The notes below the pieces were generated by a model. That model was not told where the DNA came from. It was given only the letters and a program-made list of their open reading frames with translations, and did no database searches. A stretch of 63,267 bases of DNA, filler included, from Cercozoa sp. M6MM (lineage: Eukaryota > Protista > Endomyxa: Ascetosporea): NCBI GenBank assembly GCA_040357565.1. It is 8 parts of 8 records of this genome, joined end to end, with 100 filler letters (N's around TTAATTAATTAA, not from the genome) between each part and the next. Parts side by side here need not be neighbours in the genome. Positions count along the whole stretch, not along the records: positions 60,367 to 63,267 come from JBDODJ010001681.1; 7 more parts are not named here. One strand, 5' to 3'. A program made the position numbers and the translations under genes. Below are positions 60,500 to 63,267 of the stretch, piece after piece (within the stretch, counting starts at the first letter, position 1; the number at the start of each line of letters is the position of its first letter).

Positions 60500-61955
60500 G
60501 GCCTCGTAGTCGTAACAGTTTCAAGATTTTGGCAACGTAACCGTAACTGCGATTTCCCTTGCACCTATGCACCTGCGGCACTACTTCTAACTGGTTGTTT
60601 TGGAGCGTGTCTTGCCTACGGTGACTCTACCTTGAGCATTGATTATACGGCTGTAAACTTTGACGCCTGCGGGTTCTTTCCGCTTCGAGTTGTTTCTTTG
60701 CATCCGATCATTGCCTTCAGAGCTGATGCGCATATTAATTTACCAAGCTGATCCCTCTCTGAGAGGCTTGCGTTAGCAGGTACAACCATCGATAAGATAC
60801 TCAGCTCGACTCGAGCGGACGGAAGTCCGCAGTGAACGCGACGCGATGTAACTTAACGAAAAAGGAATGAATCTGAATACAATACCATAGTGCGATGACC
60901 AGGTGGACTCTCCAACCAGGTGTTACCCCAGTATGAAGAAGGCTGCCAGTGCCGAGCGCGACGTCACCTGTGCTGCCCGAACGGTAACAAAAGTCCTACT
61001 CGTCGCATCGGCATAGCCAAAAGACTCGGATGGCGCAGCCATTGCATGCCCGCAGCAAAGTTAGAAGAGGCGACGGCGGAAGTTTGCTGGCACCTCTTCA
61101 AAACAACGAAAGGACGTCCAAAGAAGAGACAAGCATTTAAGATGTTGATGTATGGACGTATTGATACCAAAAATATCGTGGTCAATTTCTGCATCAGGTA
61201 CGAAGTTTGCAAAGGTGATGCCTGCTTGCACTCCTGGCAGGAGAGGCACGCTCAGCTGTAACAACGATCATAAGCAAATAAGAGAACACTCACCAATGAG
61301 CAAAATTGATCAATAATCAAGGTAGGATCACCCTCACAGGAAAGCCGCGAAAATCCATCGCAAGGAAGCTGGCAATTTGACCAATGTGGCTTGAAACGGG
61401 TCTGGTGAAAGAAACACAAGGCCGATAAATACAGGAATGGGAAGATTCATCAAAAACAAACCGAATGATTTCCAAAATTTGGCGAATAACTTCGAGTTTC
61501 AGACCTAAAGTAATGATTCAAGACAACAATTTACCCTGTATCGACAGGATACAGTAGGAAAAGTAAGTACCGTGTTGCTCCGGTTCTGAAGACACCCACA
61601 GTGTGGCAGATACTGCTTTTTCTTGCACTGTGACTGATTCTTCTACTCACAAATAACGAAACAACGACCGCATAGTTGCGCCGCACAAACAAAAGGGATA
61701 TTGTATCGATACGCAAGTGCCTTCGCACGGTATCTCCGGCATCATCGTCAGTCAAGTACCGTTCGACCGACAGGTCACGCAGACAACCAAAAACGCAGCC
61801 ACTGCGCGAGAGTGTGACCGAACCTAGATACGCATACGAAGAATGATTGATAAGAAAGACACATGGGCAAAAAGCTACGAAAGCGAAGTCCATCCATCCC
61901 GAAAACACGACACTCGTATTCCTGTGTGTGTGTGTATGTGTGTGTGTGTGTGTGT

Positions 61956-62011
<56 letters not shown>

Positions 62012-63130
62012 CCGACATTCTCGACACGCTCTCGTCGGAACAAGGTTCTACATCACACTAAATACAGAGGTTGGTATGGTTTCATCGTGGTTTCGTCTCA
62101 ATAAACCATACTTGCGCGGGAAGATGCGAACGTCCGAATGATCAAGTTGCGCACGTGCCACTGTTGATACATCAAACAGCACATCGAGTGAGCGATGTAT
62201 AATGTACCGGCGTTGGAAGAAAGTAGCTTGCGAGCTTCCCAGTTTACTTCTCTGCAAGTGAGACAACCATCTCACGAAGAGACTGAGTTCAAAACGAGCG
62301 TACTCAAATGACGGGTCACGGAACTTCTCCAATGCATCTTTTACGGTGTTCAACTACTCGTGTATCCGTCTCATCGGTTTGGTCCGTCAAAGAGCAGATA
62401 GTGAGAGTTAGTACCTTTCGGTCCAAAAGGAATACATTTGCACGCGAAAACTCTCCTTCCTTCTCCGCCTAAGAGAAGCACGAACGAGAAGAGTAAACAA
62501 GCAAGGGTAAACCAGCAAGGGTAAACAAGCTGAAACATACCAAGAACAAAACAGACATATGGCCCATCTGTGACTCCAAGCGCTGTCTATTAAGATGAAA
62601 GGCACTGGCCCCTTTTTACGCCCAACTTAAAGAACATACGAGATATTGAGCACATGCCAATCGAATCGCACATGCGATCCTTTCTTCCACATCTAAATTT
62701 ACAAATAGCGTGATTTACGCGTTGTACTTTATGGGGCACGATAAAGCACACCTTCATTGTGTCGGAAGGAAGTGAAGCCAAACGCGACAAGCCGGGGACA
62801 CTCGTCTCGACCCTCCACTCTTTTTAAACTTACAATGAGGAAAAGCAATGAAGGTCATAGCGGAGGAATGTACCAATGTCAAGTGTGAAATCCGGCATCT
62901 CACACAGCACGCGCGCTAGTGAGGACGAGTGCCGTTCAAGGTCTTTTTGTTGCAGCAGGACTCTGCTCAAAAATACGATACGGAAATGAGGTGGTCAAAA
63001 CACACCTTCAGGCTTACTTGTGGAGAAGCATGTCTGTCATTAATTCAACCGCTTGTTCACCCATGCCAGCTAAAGAGATTAATATGCGTCAACACGTACC
63101 GACCGTAGCAATAAAACAAATATACCGGTG
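60500..63130 (-). CDS. Probable hypothetical multi-exon gene
   Basis: Minus-strand exon-like blocks with donor/acceptor sites (VKDALEKFRDPSFEYARFELSLF; LRDLSVERYLTDDDAGDTVRRHLRIDTI); no family recognised and limits are uncertain. Confidence 0.3.
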
Positions 63131-63200
63131 AGTTGCAAAGCATCCCAGCCAAATTCGTTGTTTTTTCTGGGATCCGCTGCAAGTACAATTAAAAAAACAC

Positions 63201-63267
<67 letters not shown>

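Noticed and set aside
60367-63180. Transposon remnant (more AT-rich composition)
   Set aside because: No transposase or reverse transcriptase motifs and no terminal repeats were recognised.

Overview
This is eukaryotic nuclear DNA, most likely from a protist (inferred). It is gene-dense and extremely intron-rich, with short canonical GT-AG introns of mostly 50-110 nt, so the six-frame ORF track shows only exon fragments. I spliced the genes by hand. Recognisable genes: V-ATPase subunit E, a membrane-anchored pseudokinase, DCAF5-like WD40, an HD phosphohydrolase, CCT3, a CCR4/angel-family EEP nuclease, ATM1/ABCB7, a RAD5/16-type SNF2 ATPase (partial), a CobW/COG0523 GTPase (partial), phosphatidylserine decarboxylase (partial), MsrB, CCDC22 (partial), a divergent intronless H4/H3 pair, RPA3 and a DHX57-like helicase (partial). 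There are also about 9 hypothetical genes. Seven N-TTAATTAATTAA-N blocks are artificial gap linkers. The most interesting signals are: (1) a complete histone cis-element set, with a perfect 28-bp inverted promoter repeat and, in both 3' UTRs, a variant stem-loop preceded by a second, sequence-unrelated hairpin; (2) a strand-polarised intron class ending in YTTAC-(C)n-YAG; (3) minisatellite motifs shared between introns of unrelated genes; (4) a recurrent intergenic TACGGTAC/TACTGTAC motif. Exon boundaries are manual, and those of hypothetical genes are approximate.
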